A program made the translations under genes and the position numbers. A DNA stretch of 64,000 bases from a virus. Below are positions 48,259 to 59,173 of this stretch, in pieces (the first letter of the stretch is position 1; each line of letters opens with the position of its first letter). The stretch spans positions 98,912 to 162,911 of the IMG/VR virus record IMGVR_UViG_3300037205_000062, one strand, 5' to 3'. The notes under the pieces were generated by a model, which had not been told where the DNA came from, made no database searches, and was given only the letters and a program-made list of their open reading frames with translations.

Positions 48259-48741
48259 ATGTTTAAAGGAATTATAGCAATGGATGATGCCCGAACCATA
48301 GGTAAAGATAATGATTTGCCTTGGCCAAAACAGAATGGAGATTTATCTTTTTTTAAGGAAAAGACTTGGGGCGACAATGTTATTTTTGGTCGTAAAACAT
48401 TTCAAGGATTAGGAAGGACGTGTTTACCTAATCGTAAAATTTATGTAATGACTAATTTTAATCCTTATGGATGGAGTTATTCAGAAATTAATTTTTCTGG
48501 CGGCAAAGGCGAAACAAGAATTATTCAACATGAGTCAGATTTACCAGCAGAAGATTTTTGGGTTTGTGGCGGGAAAGCTATTTATAATTTATTTCTACCC
48601 AAAATGACTGAGTGTTTTGTGACCTATATAAAAGGTGTATTTGATGGAAATGTAAAAATGAATTATTTTGAAAATCAATTTCCTTATCAGAAAGAAATAG
48701 CTCAAACAGAAAATTATAGAACTGTATGGTTTTGGAAATAA
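48259..48741 (+). CDS. folA: Dihydrofolate reductase
   Basis: IIA.D..RTIG..NDLPW, GRKTF, LP.R, CGG..IY. Confidence 0.9.
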   Translation: MFKGIIAMDDARTIGKDNDLPWPKQNGDLSFFKEKTWGDNVIFGRKTFQGLGRTCLPNRKIYVMTNFNPYGWSYSEINFSGGKGETRIIQHESDLPAEDFWVCGGKAIYNLFLPKMTECFVTYIKGVFDGNVKMNYFENQFPYQKEIAQTENYRTVWFWK

Positions 48742-48780
48742 GCTATTATTTAAGTTGAAATATACTTAAATGATAGTGAT

Positions 48781-49200
48781 ATGAATGGAAGAAAACGCTT
48801 GTCTTGGGAAGAAACTGCATTAAGATTAGCTTATAACATCGCTGATTATCGTTCGGAAGATTTATATATACAAGTAGGTGCGGTTATTATTAAAAATGAT
48901 AATTCAATTATATTAGGTTATAATGGTGCGCCGATTGGTATTGATATTGATTGGTCTAATCGTGATGAAAGACGTAAGAGAGTTATTCATGCAGAAGAAA
49001 ACGCATTAGATAATATTACATTTGGAGAAGCAAAGATAGTAGCAGTTACCGCAATGCCCTGCGAAAAATGTATGGTTAAATTAGCTCAAAAAGGAGTTAA
49101 AAGAGTTATTTATGGTTGTGAATTAGAAGGATACGATAATAATTTTGCTAAACAACTCGCCAAAGAATTTGGAATAGAATTAATTCAAAAAATTATTTAG
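48781..49200 (+). CDS. dCMP deaminase
   Basis: RSED...QVGA, GYNG.P, HAEENA, PCEKC. Confidence 0.9.
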   Translation: MNGRKRLSWEETALRLAYNIADYRSEDLYIQVGAVIIKNDNSIILGYNGAPIGIDIDWSNRDERRKRVIHAEENALDNITFGEAKIVAVTAMPCEKCMVKLAQKGVKRVIYGCELEGYDNNFAKQLAKEFGIELIQKII

Positions 49201-49236
49201 TATAATTTGTAAAGAAGTTGGAAATTATAAAAAATT

Positions 49237-49752
49237 ATGATATTTTCTCGTACTTGGGCAATGCCGTCGCATGAGACTTTTAAAATGAAGCCTTGTGCCG
49301 AATTTGTTAAAAGGTATTTAGCTAACTCTAAGATAAGTATTGACCCATTTGCTCGAAATTGTGATTGGGCGACTTATACTAATGACATAAATCCTCATAC
49401 TTCTGCCCAACATCATTTAGATGCTATAGAATATTTAAAGTTATTATATAGTCAGGGAGTAAAATCTGATTTAATTATTTTAGATGCACCATATACATGT
49501 CGCCAAATTAGTGAATGTTATAAAGAAATAGGAATTAAAGTAACTCAAAAACATACTCAAATTGGCTCTTTTTACAAGGATATTAAAGACGCTGCCGATT
49601 CTATTATAAGCCCCAATGGTATAGTTTTGACATTTGGTTATAGTTCCGTAGGGATGGGAATTAAAAGAGGATATAAGATAGAGGAAATTAGACTTGTTGC
49701 CCAAGGTGGTCCACATTTTGATGTTATATGTGTGGCCGAAAGGAAAACTTAG
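49237..49752 (+). CDS. DNA amino-methyltransferase
   Basis: IDPFA, TNDINP, LDAPY (DPPY-like), RQISECY. Confidence 0.75.
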   Translation: MIFSRTWAMPSHETFKMKPCAEFVKRYLANSKISIDPFARNCDWATYTNDINPHTSAQHHLDAIEYLKLLYSQGVKSDLIILDAPYTCRQISECYKEIGIKVTQKHTQIGSFYKDIKDAADSIISPNGIVLTFGYSSVGMGIKRGYKIEEIRLVAQGGPHFDVICVAERKT

Positions 49753-49753
49753 A

Positions 49754-50182
49754 TTATATAATTACCATAAAGGCTTTAGCGCCCTTGGCCCTATCATTGT
49801 CAAAAGAACTTTTCCCGCCTAAAGCTACTCCCTCATAGATATTAAAGATAGTTAAATCTCCATCACCAGATAATTCCATAGCTTCTTTTAATAGATTATT
49901 ACTATCTTCAAAAGATAAGTTTGCTGGTGTTTTACCATCGGCTAATAGTAAAGTATTGCGGTAAGCACAATCGTGAAGATAGGCGGCTTTCCAGTAGGTT
50001 CCGAATGGAGCTAATCCAGTTGACCATAGAGCTTGTGGTGTACTCGCGCCATCGGATGTTGCGCCTTTTGGTAAGATGTAAGTCGTACCATTTTTTGATA
50101 TATATATGGCGTTTTCAAGTAAAAAGAAATTATGTCCATCTGCCGTTGCTACTGAAAAGTATGGAGATTGAAAACCATTCAT
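49754..50182 (-). CDS. DUF1353-family protein
   Basis: P.G..SDGAS.P..LW, AAYLHD..Y. Confidence 0.75.
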   Translation of the reverse strand: MNGFQSPYFSVATADGHNFFLLENAIYISKNGTTYILPKGATSDGASTPQALWSTGLAPFGTYWKAAYLHDCAYRNTLLLADGKTPANLSFEDSNNLLKEAMELSGDGDLTIFNIYEGVALGGKSSFDNDRAKGAKAFMVII

Positions 50183-50248
50183 ATAAGTTATTACACAAAA
50201 AAAACTCCTTACTTTCGTAAAGAGTTAGTATGTATTATAAGTAAATTA

Positions 50249-50674
50249 TTATTGGCCTAGACCTTGATTTATACCAGCACTAATCCAACCAGTGATTTCT
50301 TGAACTGTCGCATTAGTTCCATTAGCAGAATATTTATCAGCTAGATTTAATCCATTAATTACAATTGGAGCAATGATAGCATCCTTTACTCCCGCTTGAG
50401 TTAAAGCGGCTGATACTTGGGCTGTTGTTAAAGTATTAGTGCCAGTTGAAATTCCATTTAAAACAGATTCGGCAAGTACAAAATCGGGTTTATATTGCGC
50501 GCCATTTGATTGTGATAGAATCTCAGCAGTTCCAATGCTAACGGCACTGGTTATAGCAAACTGTTCAAGAGCAATGTTATTTTGATTGGTACTGACAGTA
50601 GTACAACCAGTTACAATAGCAACTAAACTTAACGCTACTACGCTTATTGTGGAAAATATTTTAAATTTTGTCAT
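50249..50674 (-). CDS. Lipoprotein
   Basis: Signal with lipobox IVTG-C. Confidence 0.65.
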   Translation of the reverse strand: MTKFKIFSTISVVALSLVAIVTGCTTVSTNQNNIALEQFAITSAVSIGTAEILSQSNGAQYKPDFVLAESVLNGISTGTNTLTTAQVSAALTQAGVKDAIIAPIVINGLNLADKYSANGTNATVQEITGWISAGINQGLGQ

Positions 50675-50711
50675 AACTTATTATATTATATTACACTAAT
50701 TTTTTCTAATA

Positions 50712-51299
50712 TTAGAATGAAAACAATTTAATATCTATTTTTCCAGTAAAACCGTCATCTTTACTTATAGTAGAAAAGCGTTGAACCAAAGAAAAATCTA
50801 AACGATAATGATGACTAAATAGAATTATATCATGGTCAATTCCTAAACCTAATCCAAAATTCTTTGAACCATCGTCTAATCTTGTTTCCGCTAAACTTTT
50901 AAGCATAATATCCCATGTATTCAAATATTTAATTGTTGAAAAAGGGGTAATGCGGTAGTCTGCCGCGACGGAAGCGTGATCTATATAATCAATAGCATTA
51001 CCCGAATAAGAATCTAAATTATAAGAACCTAATTCTACCCCAACTCCTATGTTTTTAGTAGTCCACATTTCAGTTTCAAGTGAATAACCAGTTGTCATTT
51101 TTTTTAGTCCTAAACTTGTTAATGATGGCACACTAAAGGTTGGCGCTATTGATATATCAAATTCTCCTGCATTAAAAAACGAATTGGTATTTATAGTAGG
51201 GGAAATGTAAGGGAAATTAAAATTTTGCGCCGATGCCGTCATCACTCCTAAAACTATAAAAGTAACAAGATAATTTATTAAATTTTTAAAAGACTTCAT
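50712..51299 (-). CDS. Outer-membrane beta-barrel-like protein
   Basis: Signal peptide ending ASA, alternating beta strands, C-terminal Phe. Confidence 0.6.
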   Translation of the reverse strand: MKSFKNLINYLVTFIVLGVMTASAQNFNFPYISPTINTNSFFNAGEFDISIAPTFSVPSLTSLGLKKMTTGYSLETEMWTTKNIGVGVELGSYNLDSYSGNAIDYIDHASVAADYRITPFSTIKYLNTWDIMLKSLAETRLDDGSKNFGLGLGIDHDIILFSHHYRLDFSLVQRFSTISKDDGFTGKIDIKLFSF

Positions 51300-51374
51300 A
51301 TTGAGAATTACACTTAATTTTTTATTTGACTTTAATTAAATTATATGTTAGTATTCTTATATGGATTTATCTTT

Positions 51375-52451
51375 ATGAATAACGCTGACAAACAATATCT
51401 TGAATTAGTTGATTATGTTTTAGCTAATGGCAGGCTTAAAAAAAATAGAACGGGAATTGATACAATTGGGGTATTCGGCCAACAGTTACGATTTAACTTG
51501 TCAGAGGGTTTTCCCTTGCTTACGACAAAAAAAGTTTTTTTTAAAGGCATAGTCCATGAATTATTGTGGTTTTTGTCTGGAAGTACAAACATAAAATATT
51601 TAGTTGATAATGATGTTCACATTTGGGATGAATGGGCATTTAAGCGTAATCAGCAAGAATTTCAAGAATTTCAAAAAAAGTGGCCAAATTCTATTGTTCA
51701 ACCAGTAGAATATAAAACACAATCCGAATTTATTGAAGCGGTTAGAAAATATATGTCTCCTAATGGTTTAGGTGAACTTGGAGAGGGAACTTATGGGGGA
51801 ATGTGGCGTAAATTTCCCTATTCTGAATTAGATAAATTTTATAATTCGGAAACTGGTTTTACAGAGGTTGGAGAAAAAATTGGTTATGTTGACCAAATTC
51901 AAAAAGTCATTGATAAATTAAAAACTAATCCCGATGATAGACGTATGATTGTATCGGCTTGGCATCCTTATTGGGTAGAACATTGCAGTTTACCCCCCTG
52001 CCATTGTCTATTTCAATTTCATACGGAAGAATTAACAATTGAAGAAAGAAATTCTTATGGAATAAATGTTATGGGACAGTCGTTTTTAGATGAAAAAGAA
52101 ATGGATGAAAAGGGTGTTCCAAAACGTCGTTTAAATTGTCAATTGTATCAAAGAAGTTGCGATTTAGCCATCGGAAACCCATATAATATAGCGAGTTACG
52201 CACTATTAACTCACATGATAGCGCAAGTATCTAATATGGTAGTTGGTGATTTTATACATACTTTTGGCGACTTACATATTTACGTTCCGCACATTGAAAA
52301 TTTAAAAATTCAAAGAACAAGAGAACCTTATCCATTACCTACAATTCAGCTTAATCCTGAAATTAAAAATATTTTTGATTTTAAAATTGAGGATATTAAA
52401 CTTCTAAATTATCAGAGTCATGGGAAGTTGGCTTTTGAGGTTGCCGTTTAA
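51375..52451 (+). CDS. thyA: Thymidylate synthase
   Basis: RTG..T, FPLLTTKK, ELLWFL.G, LPPCH, YQRSCD, PYNIASY, GDLHIY. Confidence 0.95.
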   Translation: MNNADKQYLELVDYVLANGRLKKNRTGIDTIGVFGQQLRFNLSEGFPLLTTKKVFFKGIVHELLWFLSGSTNIKYLVDNDVHIWDEWAFKRNQQEFQEFQKKWPNSIVQPVEYKTQSEFIEAVRKYMSPNGLGELGEGTYGGMWRKFPYSELDKFYNSETGFTEVGEKIGYVDQIQKVIDKLKTNPDDRRMIVSAWHPYWVEHCSLPPCHCLFQFHTEELTIEERNSYGINVMGQSFLDEKEMDEKGVPKRRLNCQLYQRSCDLAIGNPYNIASYALLTHMIAQVSNMVVGDFIHTFGDLHIYVPHIENLKIQRTREPYPLPTIQLNPEIKNIFDFKIEDIKLLNYQSHGKLAFEVAV

Positions 52452-52907
52452 GCTTGACAATCAATAAAACTTTGTTTATGGTTGGATATGGATTCGCATT
52501 TAACACAAAATACATTGGATATTATCGCTTTTATGAACGAAGCAATTGAAAACGGGCAACGCTTTAAACTTGGCGACGAACCAAATGAAATTGTTTTGTT
52601 TGATGGAGTAAGGGATGATATTAGGATGACTAATACTCATGGTGGCGGCACTTGGCACATTAATGATTATCAATGATTTATGAGAAGTTCAGACGACCCA
52701 ACTTTAATTGGAGCATTATTTCAAGATGATTTGCCCGATGGTTGCTGCGCTATAAAATGCGAAAAATGCACTTGTATTTTTCCTGACAAAAGCGAAATAG
52801 GCGAACCCTGTATTTGTCCTACTTGTAAAACGGAATTATTTTATCGTAGTTGGTGTAGTTGGTAATTTTCTCTTGACAATTTCTTAAAATTATTCAATAA
52901 TCAAATT

Positions 52908-53300
52908 ATGAGTCATCCAGTTAAATTTAGAGCGTGGTTTAATGGCAAAATGCATTATCCAGTATTTTTTGGTTTTGAAAACGGCATTCTTCTATGGGAG
53001 TGGAAGGATGGAGATTTTAACAAAAATTCTCGCGAATTTCAAATGTTTACAGGTTTGTGCGACGTTAACGATAATGAAATTTATGAGGGGGATATTTTAA
53101 CAGGCATTAAACTTCCTAACGTTGGTAAGGGTACTTTTTTTGCTCAAGTTCAATATGTACCTTGTTATTATAGATTTGTAGCTACACTTCCGAATGGGGA
53201 ACAGTTGACGCCAATTTTGAATGGTGAAGGTGTTTATACGCATCACCTTAAAATTGTTGGAAATGCTTTTGCTAATCCAGAACTTTTAAAATTTTTATGA
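52908..53300 (+). CDS. YopX-family protein
   Basis: KFRAW, FTGL.D.N..EIYEGDI, IVGN...NPELL. Confidence 0.8.
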   Translation: MSHPVKFRAWFNGKMHYPVFFGFENGILLWEWKDGDFNKNSREFQMFTGLCDVNDNEIYEGDILTGIKLPNVGKGTFFAQVQYVPCYYRFVATLPNGEQLTPILNGEGVYTHHLKIVGNAFANPELLKFL

Positions 53301-53604
53301 AAACTTTTACATCGAAAGACGGAAAATATTCAGCAAAATATGATGATTCTTTTAAGGTTGGTGATTTAATTACTGCTTATCAAAAGGGTTATCATGAGTT
53401 TGTAAAATATCAAGAGAGAGGTGAAACTGCTGCTCCCCTTATATATTATAGACGTGTTTTTAAGTTTAATGGACGTTCAGCAAAGTCTAAAAAAGTATTA
53501 TGCTGCGATGCCGTGTATTGTCATAAAGCTTCCGAACATATTAAAAATTTAATTAAAAATTTACACGAACAGATAAAACTTTTGGAACAAATTCCAGCTT
53601 AATC

Positions 53605-53630
53605 ATTAAGCTTGACAATTAAGCTTGACA
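53605..53630 (+). repeat. 13-bp tandem duplication containing TTGACA
   Basis: ATTAAGCTTGACA x2. Confidence 0.85.
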
Positions 53631-53660
53631 ATTATTTAAGGTTAACATATTTTTGATACT

Positions 53661-54629
53661 ATGGACTTTGACCATTTTACATATATTCCCAATGGACGTT
53701 GGCAAATGGGATGCGAAGTTGAATGTTGTATTAAGCGCGCCCAAAACAGAAGCTTTGAGAAACAACTTAAATCTTTACACAAAGGAATTGAATTTGAATA
53801 TGATGGTTCATTAAGGCCAATTGGTTGGTCACACGATAATCATAATAGTGAACTGTATTATAATAGAGGGGACATTAGAAACGACGCTCCATTTGATCAA
53901 GGACACGAATTACTGACGCCTGTTTTACCTGTAAAAGATGCTAGTTTACTTTTAATTGAAATTTTTCGTTTAATTGAAAAAGATGGTTATACAAATAAAA
54001 GTTGTGGGCTACACGTTAATTTTTCTCCAATTAATAAATCTGATTATGGAAAGATCAATCCTTTCTATTTAGTTTCGCAACCTATTTGGAATGAAATTCG
54101 GGAAGTGTTTGGGCGTATGAAAAACAAATATTGTAAAAATATTTTTGTGCGCGAAGATATTTGTAAAAATCCCACTTCTATTTTGGAGCATGTTAAGCAT
54201 GGGAAATTTTGGGATAAGTATGATGGTATTGAAAGGACGACTGATTATAAGCATTTGAATGCGATTTCCCTATGGCGTTACATGGTAAAAATGCAGCAAT
54301 TTAATCGTTTTAATAAACAACGTTTTGTTGATTATAAGTGGCATTATTCAGTTGTTAACTTTGATCATTATACTCCCTTACCCGCGCATGATTCAAGAAT
54401 TGAAGTTAGGGGATTTGGTAATAAAAATTATCATTTAAGATTAGAGGAAATTATTTCATACATAGAAAAAATTATTGAATTGTTTGAAAATTCTATGAAT
54501 TTTACTTTAAAGGATATTGGCAAAGAGGAAATAATAGCACCAAAAAAGGAAATTAAACCAAAAAAAGCGTTACAATCTCCTTATTCATCTATTCTTGATG
54601 AAGAATATGATTATACTGAAGCCTTTTAA
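53661..54629 (+). CDS. Putative amidoligase (COOH-NH2 ligase)
   Basis: GCEVE, DGSL, ELLTPVL, TNKSCGLHVN, RIEVR. Confidence 0.8.
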   Translation: MDFDHFTYIPNGRWQMGCEVECCIKRAQNRSFEKQLKSLHKGIEFEYDGSLRPIGWSHDNHNSELYYNRGDIRNDAPFDQGHELLTPVLPVKDASLLLIEIFRLIEKDGYTNKSCGLHVNFSPINKSDYGKINPFYLVSQPIWNEIREVFGRMKNKYCKNIFVREDICKNPTSILEHVKHGKFWDKYDGIERTTDYKHLNAISLWRYMVKMQQFNRFNKQRFVDYKWHYSVVNFDHYTPLPAHDSRIEVRGFGNKNYHLRLEEIISYIEKIIELFENSMNFTLKDIGKEEIIAPKKEIKPKKALQSPYSSILDEEYDYTEAF

Positions 54630-54631
54630 TT

Positions 54632-55102
54632 ATGACAGCTACACCTGAACAATTAGAACAACATGGCAAAGCGGTTAAGAAGCATGTTTTTTATGTGAGA
54701 AAAAATGGCCGTAAATTAATTAAGGAATTTCAGAAACGCCTTAAGGAACATGATTTATCTAAATTAGAAGAGCCAGAATTGAGTGTTTACGCCGAACATA
54801 ATGATAAACTTAAACTAACAGAGTATGGAACGAAAGAATATGAACAACTTTTGGAATTAGTAAAACCAGCTATTACCGCACATTATAGTCAAAATAGGCA
54901 TCATCCAGAACATTTTCCAGATGGAATAAATGAAATGGATTTAGTTGATTTGTTGGAATTACTGTCGGACTGGACAGCAAGCGTAAAGAAAAATAAGAAC
55001 GGCAATATTCATCGTTCTATTGAATTAAATACTAAAAGATTTAATATTAGTCCACAGTTAGCACAAATTCTAACAAATACTGTTCACAGATATTTAAGTT
55101 AA
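54632..55102 (+). CDS. DUF5662-like HD-type protein
   Basis: HDLSK..EPE, HY..NRHHPEHF..GI..M.LVD..E...DW. Confidence 0.75.
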   Translation: MTATPEQLEQHGKAVKKHVFYVRKNGRKLIKEFQKRLKEHDLSKLEEPELSVYAEHNDKLKLTEYGTKEYEQLLELVKPAITAHYSQNRHHPEHFPDGINEMDLVDLLELLSDWTASVKKNKNGNIHRSIELNTKRFNISPQLAQILTNTVHRYLS

Positions 55103-56551
55103 TATTATGAAAATTACTTTAGAGCATTTGTTAAGCCAGCAATATTTAAGGGAAGATTATAGCTCTTATTATCCAGAAAAAAATACTGATGAAGATTTTC
55201 GGGTAGAAATTACTCGATTGTTTAATGATTGGGACAAACATCCTTGGGACTGTAAGTGTTTAATTTGTGTTTAATGCTTGGCAAACGATAAAAAACTTTT
55301 TATTATTTTAATATGAAATTCAAAGTATCAATTATTGTTGGAGTTGTTGAAGCTAACTCCCAAGAAGAAGCTAACAAAAAGGCTATTCAACATTTAGAAA
55401 ATTTTGCTGGTTCTAATGATGGTAGCGAAATTTTGGCGAATGCTGAACCTATTCTTACAGAAACTACTACTAATGCTTCATGGAGCAAATGGGGAGGATT
55501 TAAAAATTAACATGAAAAACGTCCAACGAGAATATATTTGCGAAAATCCAGAATGCGGGAACGGAATGAGAGTTTGTGTATTTCATTCTAATATGAAATC
55601 TCGCCAGCAACAATGTGCTTGGTGTGGTCAAAAAATAAAAGATACAGGTAGATATTGGCTTGTTTGGCGCAAAAATGTTATTGGATATAATGGAGACGGT
55701 ACAAAATTTGAGATTTTTAAAAGAAAAGATTTAAAATGAAAAAGAAAAAAGATTATCCACGTTTGTCTAATGGCGAAATTGATTATTCAAAAGTTGATGC
55801 GGGTAACTGCTTTCGAGATTTTCCCAAAATCTATTCGACAGTTGAAGATATTGAAGAATTCATTTTACATAAAAATTGTTATTATCCAGTATTAATGAAT
55901 CTTCTTAAACTCCGAAAAGAGAATAAGTTAAACTTAACCCCTACGGAAGACGCATTTTATTTTGAAAATCTTTTTGATTATATTTATGATGTTTATCGCA
56001 TCCCTACCGAAGAAACTTATAAGAAAGTAGCTGAATGGTTGCAACATATTGAGTATTCTTTGGTTTTTAGCGGTTTATCTTATGTAAAGTGTAATTCATA
56101 CGAATCTGTTAGAAGCAATTGGGAAGCAAAAGTAAGGTTAGCTGAATTTGCAAAAGAATCTGGTATTAAAAATACTAAATTCGATTTAAAAGAAATTAAT
56201 TGCTTTATTGATATTGGGGAAAACAATGATTTTTATAATAGAAAAGACCCGAAGTTAATTGAATCTTTTTGGATTAAATGTGATAAATGCGTTATTCAAC
56301 CCATTATTAAGGGCGATGAAGCTTATGCTCGCGTCCACGTTTATCCTGAAAGGGTTTATATTTGCGGTTGCGATGATTCATCCTATACACTGTTTACTAA
56401 AACCAAAAAAGAAGCAAAAGAATTTGCGCTATATTTAAAATGTGCCGCGCCAGTTTGGAATTTTCGTTATACTAATATAATTCATCACAAACTTGAATTT
56501 ACTAATTAAATTACTTCACTTTTCCCTAAACTTGTCTTTTTTTTTATAAAA

Positions 56552-56761
56552 ATGAAATCGCGCCCCATTCATCCTAGACAACACAAAGAGCTTGCCATCG
56601 GTGACATTGTATATTTTAGAACAAGTTGTATGAATTTTAATCAAGGTGATTCGGCTAAAGTGACTAAGTTTTTAATAAAAAATGGTAAACCTGCTTATGT
56701 CACTGTAGAAGGAAATTCAATGTTGATCCCCTTTTACTATTTTTGTAAAAAGGAAATATGA
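56552..56761 (+). CDS. Small SH3/KOW-like protein with MKxR tag (MKSRPIHPR)
   Basis: IGDIVY pattern. Confidence 0.55.
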   Translation: MKSRPIHPRQHKELAIGDIVYFRTSCMNFNQGDSAKVTKFLIKNGKPAYVTVEGNSMLIPFYYFCKKEI

Positions 56762-56970
56762 AAGCTCGGAAAATTATACCAAGAGAAGAAAAAGAGTTTC
56801 GTGTGGGAGATACGGTTTATCTTCTAAATGATCATGTTGCTCACTTCAGAGGAGAAGCTTTTAAAATTAAAAAAATAATTATTTCGTGGGGCGCGAAGTA
56901 TTTTGTTTTTGATGGTCAAAAAGATGACGAATTTTTTATGGAACATAATTTTTCTAAAAAGAAACCTTGA
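56758..56970 (+). CDS. Small SH3/KOW-like protein with MKxR tag (MKARKIIPR)
   Basis: FRVGDTVY pattern. Confidence 0.55.
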   Translation: MKARKIIPREEKEFRVGDTVYLLNDHVAHFRGEAFKIKKIIISWGAKYFVFDGQKDDEFFMEHNFSKKKP

Positions 56971-57002
56971 CTTTTATATAAGGTTATCTTATTATTAGTT
57001 TA

Positions 57003-57533
57003 ATGAAAATATTTATTAAGGATGTAAAAGGTCTTTCTATTCCAAAACAAGCCACTGAAAATGATGCGGCTTATGATATAATTGCTACCACTCCCCCTAT
57101 TATATTTGGAACTAAAATTCAACGTTCTATGGACTATATGGATATGTGGAGCAAAATTACTTTTATTGAATATGGCACAAATGTTTTTATTGCGCCAGAA
57201 GATAAGAATTTTCATACTTTACTTCATCCTCGTTCTAGCATTTCTAAAACGAATTTAATTTTGGCAAATTCCGTGGGATTAGTGGATAACGGCTATCGTG
57301 GACAACTTTATTGCCGTTTTAAATATATTAGTCAACCCGAAGATTTAATAGTTTTAAATGAAGCGGGTGGCACACGAGTTTATACTATTGTTAATTTAGA
57401 TAATATATATAAAGAGGGCGACAAAATTATTCAGATTAAAGCGAGCCAAAATATTCCGATTGATTTTGAGTTAGTATATGATTTAAATAAAACTCAAAGG
57501 GGCGAAGGTGGATTTGGGTCTAGTGGCATTTGA
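57003..57533 (+). CDS. dut: dUTPase
   Basis: AAYDI, PRSS, NSVGLVDNGYRG, RGEGGFGSSG. Confidence 0.92.
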   Translation: MKIFIKDVKGLSIPKQATENDAAYDIIATTPPIIFGTKIQRSMDYMDMWSKITFIEYGTNVFIAPEDKNFHTLLHPRSSISKTNLILANSVGLVDNGYRGQLYCRFKYISQPEDLIVLNEAGGTRVYTIVNLDNIYKEGDKIIQIKASQNIPIDFELVYDLNKTQRGEGGFGSSGI

Positions 57534-58281
57534 TATTTCTTGACAAAGTATAAAAATTGTTTTATAGTTTTTATATGAAAACGAAACTGTATTTAATAGC
57601 ACATCAAACTGATTTGTTTGGTACATGGGAAACTCCCGAAGAAGCGGTTAAACAACATTTTTCTTATGAAATTAAACACAATGGTTTGAATGTTGACGAA
57701 CAAGTTAAAAAGATGCTAAATCCTCGTTCTGATTATCCAATTTTTATTAAATTGGAAGCTGGCAAGAAATTTAGCATGGATAGATAATTTTGTCGTTCTG
57801 GAAAATAACACTTGACATTAACAAAAAATTTTGATATTGTTGAAATATGAAAATTAACATTATTTACCCTAAAGGTTGGTGGAGACTATCAAAAGGTCAA
57901 ATGATGAAAAAGGGAGATAAATTTTGGGATGGGGATTCTGGCGAGGGTTATTGGTTTTTGTATAAGGGCAAGCCTTGTCCAGTTGAGGATACACTTGTTG
58001 TAAGAAAGTATTTAAGCAAGAAGTCTGCTTTAAAACTTAAACAAGAAGAAACCAAAAGGGTTATTAGTGAAAATGTTCCTGTTGTAAATGTGAGTAAAGC
58101 TTTATCGGGAGAATTGAAACCAAATGCTTTTGTTTATCAAGACGAATTTGGAAGAATAGGTATTCTGTTTGGTGTGAGTGGTTGGTTGGGTGCAAAGATT
58201 GAGAAATTTGAGGGTGACCAAGCGCCATTTTGCGGTTAATTTACACCCCACTATAAATCAAAAAAACTAAAACGGGGTGTC

Positions 58282-58306
58282 GGCGGGTCGCAAGACTTGC
58301 CTTTTT
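58282..58306 (+). terminator. Intrinsic terminator
   Basis: GGCGGGTC-GCAA-GACTTGCC plus T5. Confidence 0.75.
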
Positions 58307-58666
58307 ATTTTATTGACAAATCGACAAATTGATGTATATTTGAAGTATGGGCAAAAATCGCAACAAGAACAAAAATCTCAATTTCTCAAGAGGCGAGAAA
58401 ACTATGTTGGCATTGGTCGCTAACTTAAATTCGCCAAATAGAAAATATCCAACAGAATTGGAAACACAGAATGCCCTGATGAATATTCAGGGGCTTCTTA
58501 ATGTTTTGAATGGAAAAGCCTATCGTGTTGCGCGGTGTATTGTAGATAAATCTTATCAAGAAGATAGTGATAAAATTAAAAATTACGCCCAAGGTTTAGT
58601 CGAGTGGGCAGAGACGATATGATAAGATAATTTGAATATAGATCACTTTTTTTAGGTCTATTATAT

Positions 58667-59173
58667 GTGTACATTAATAGATTTGATAAAAATGGTAAAT
58701 GCGCCCAAGACGGTAATAAAGTAGAAGATTTATTTTATAATCTTTTAATAAAAAGGGGACAGGTCAGAAAAGCTACCATTGGAGAACAACGTAAACATAT
58801 TGATTTTATTCTTACTAAAGAAGGGAAAGAAATTACTTACGATGTTAAGGCGCTTAAGCGGATTAATAGAAACGATTCTGATACTGATGATAGTTTAATT
58901 TGGATAGAATGGTTAAGCGTCGGAGGGAATGATGGTTGGATTAGCGGCAAGTGTGACTTCATTGTTTTTGAGCAAAAAAATTCTTTTATTATTATACAAA
59001 GAGAGAAACTAAAGGAACTTTGTATGAAACTTTGTGATTTAACTTCAATTGTAAAATCTTCCAGCAACGCTCTTTATTGTTCGTATCAAAGATATGGGCG
59101 AAAAGATTTACTTTCTCTTATTAAGACTTCTGACATTATACCAGTGGCTGATGAAATTGTTCAGAAAATTTAA
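58667..59173 (+). CDS. PD-(D/E)XK nuclease-like protein
   Basis: E..F, HIDF, YDVK, WIE...V.G..GW; TTGAATA..GTCTA promoter at 58632. Confidence 0.6.
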   Translation: MYINRFDKNGKCAQDGNKVEDLFYNLLIKRGQVRKATIGEQRKHIDFILTKEGKEITYDVKALKRINRNDSDTDDSLIWIEWLSVGGNDGWISGKCDFIVFEQKNSFIIIQREKLKELCMKLCDLTSIVKSSSNALYCSYQRYGRKDLLSLIKTSDIIPVADEIVQKI

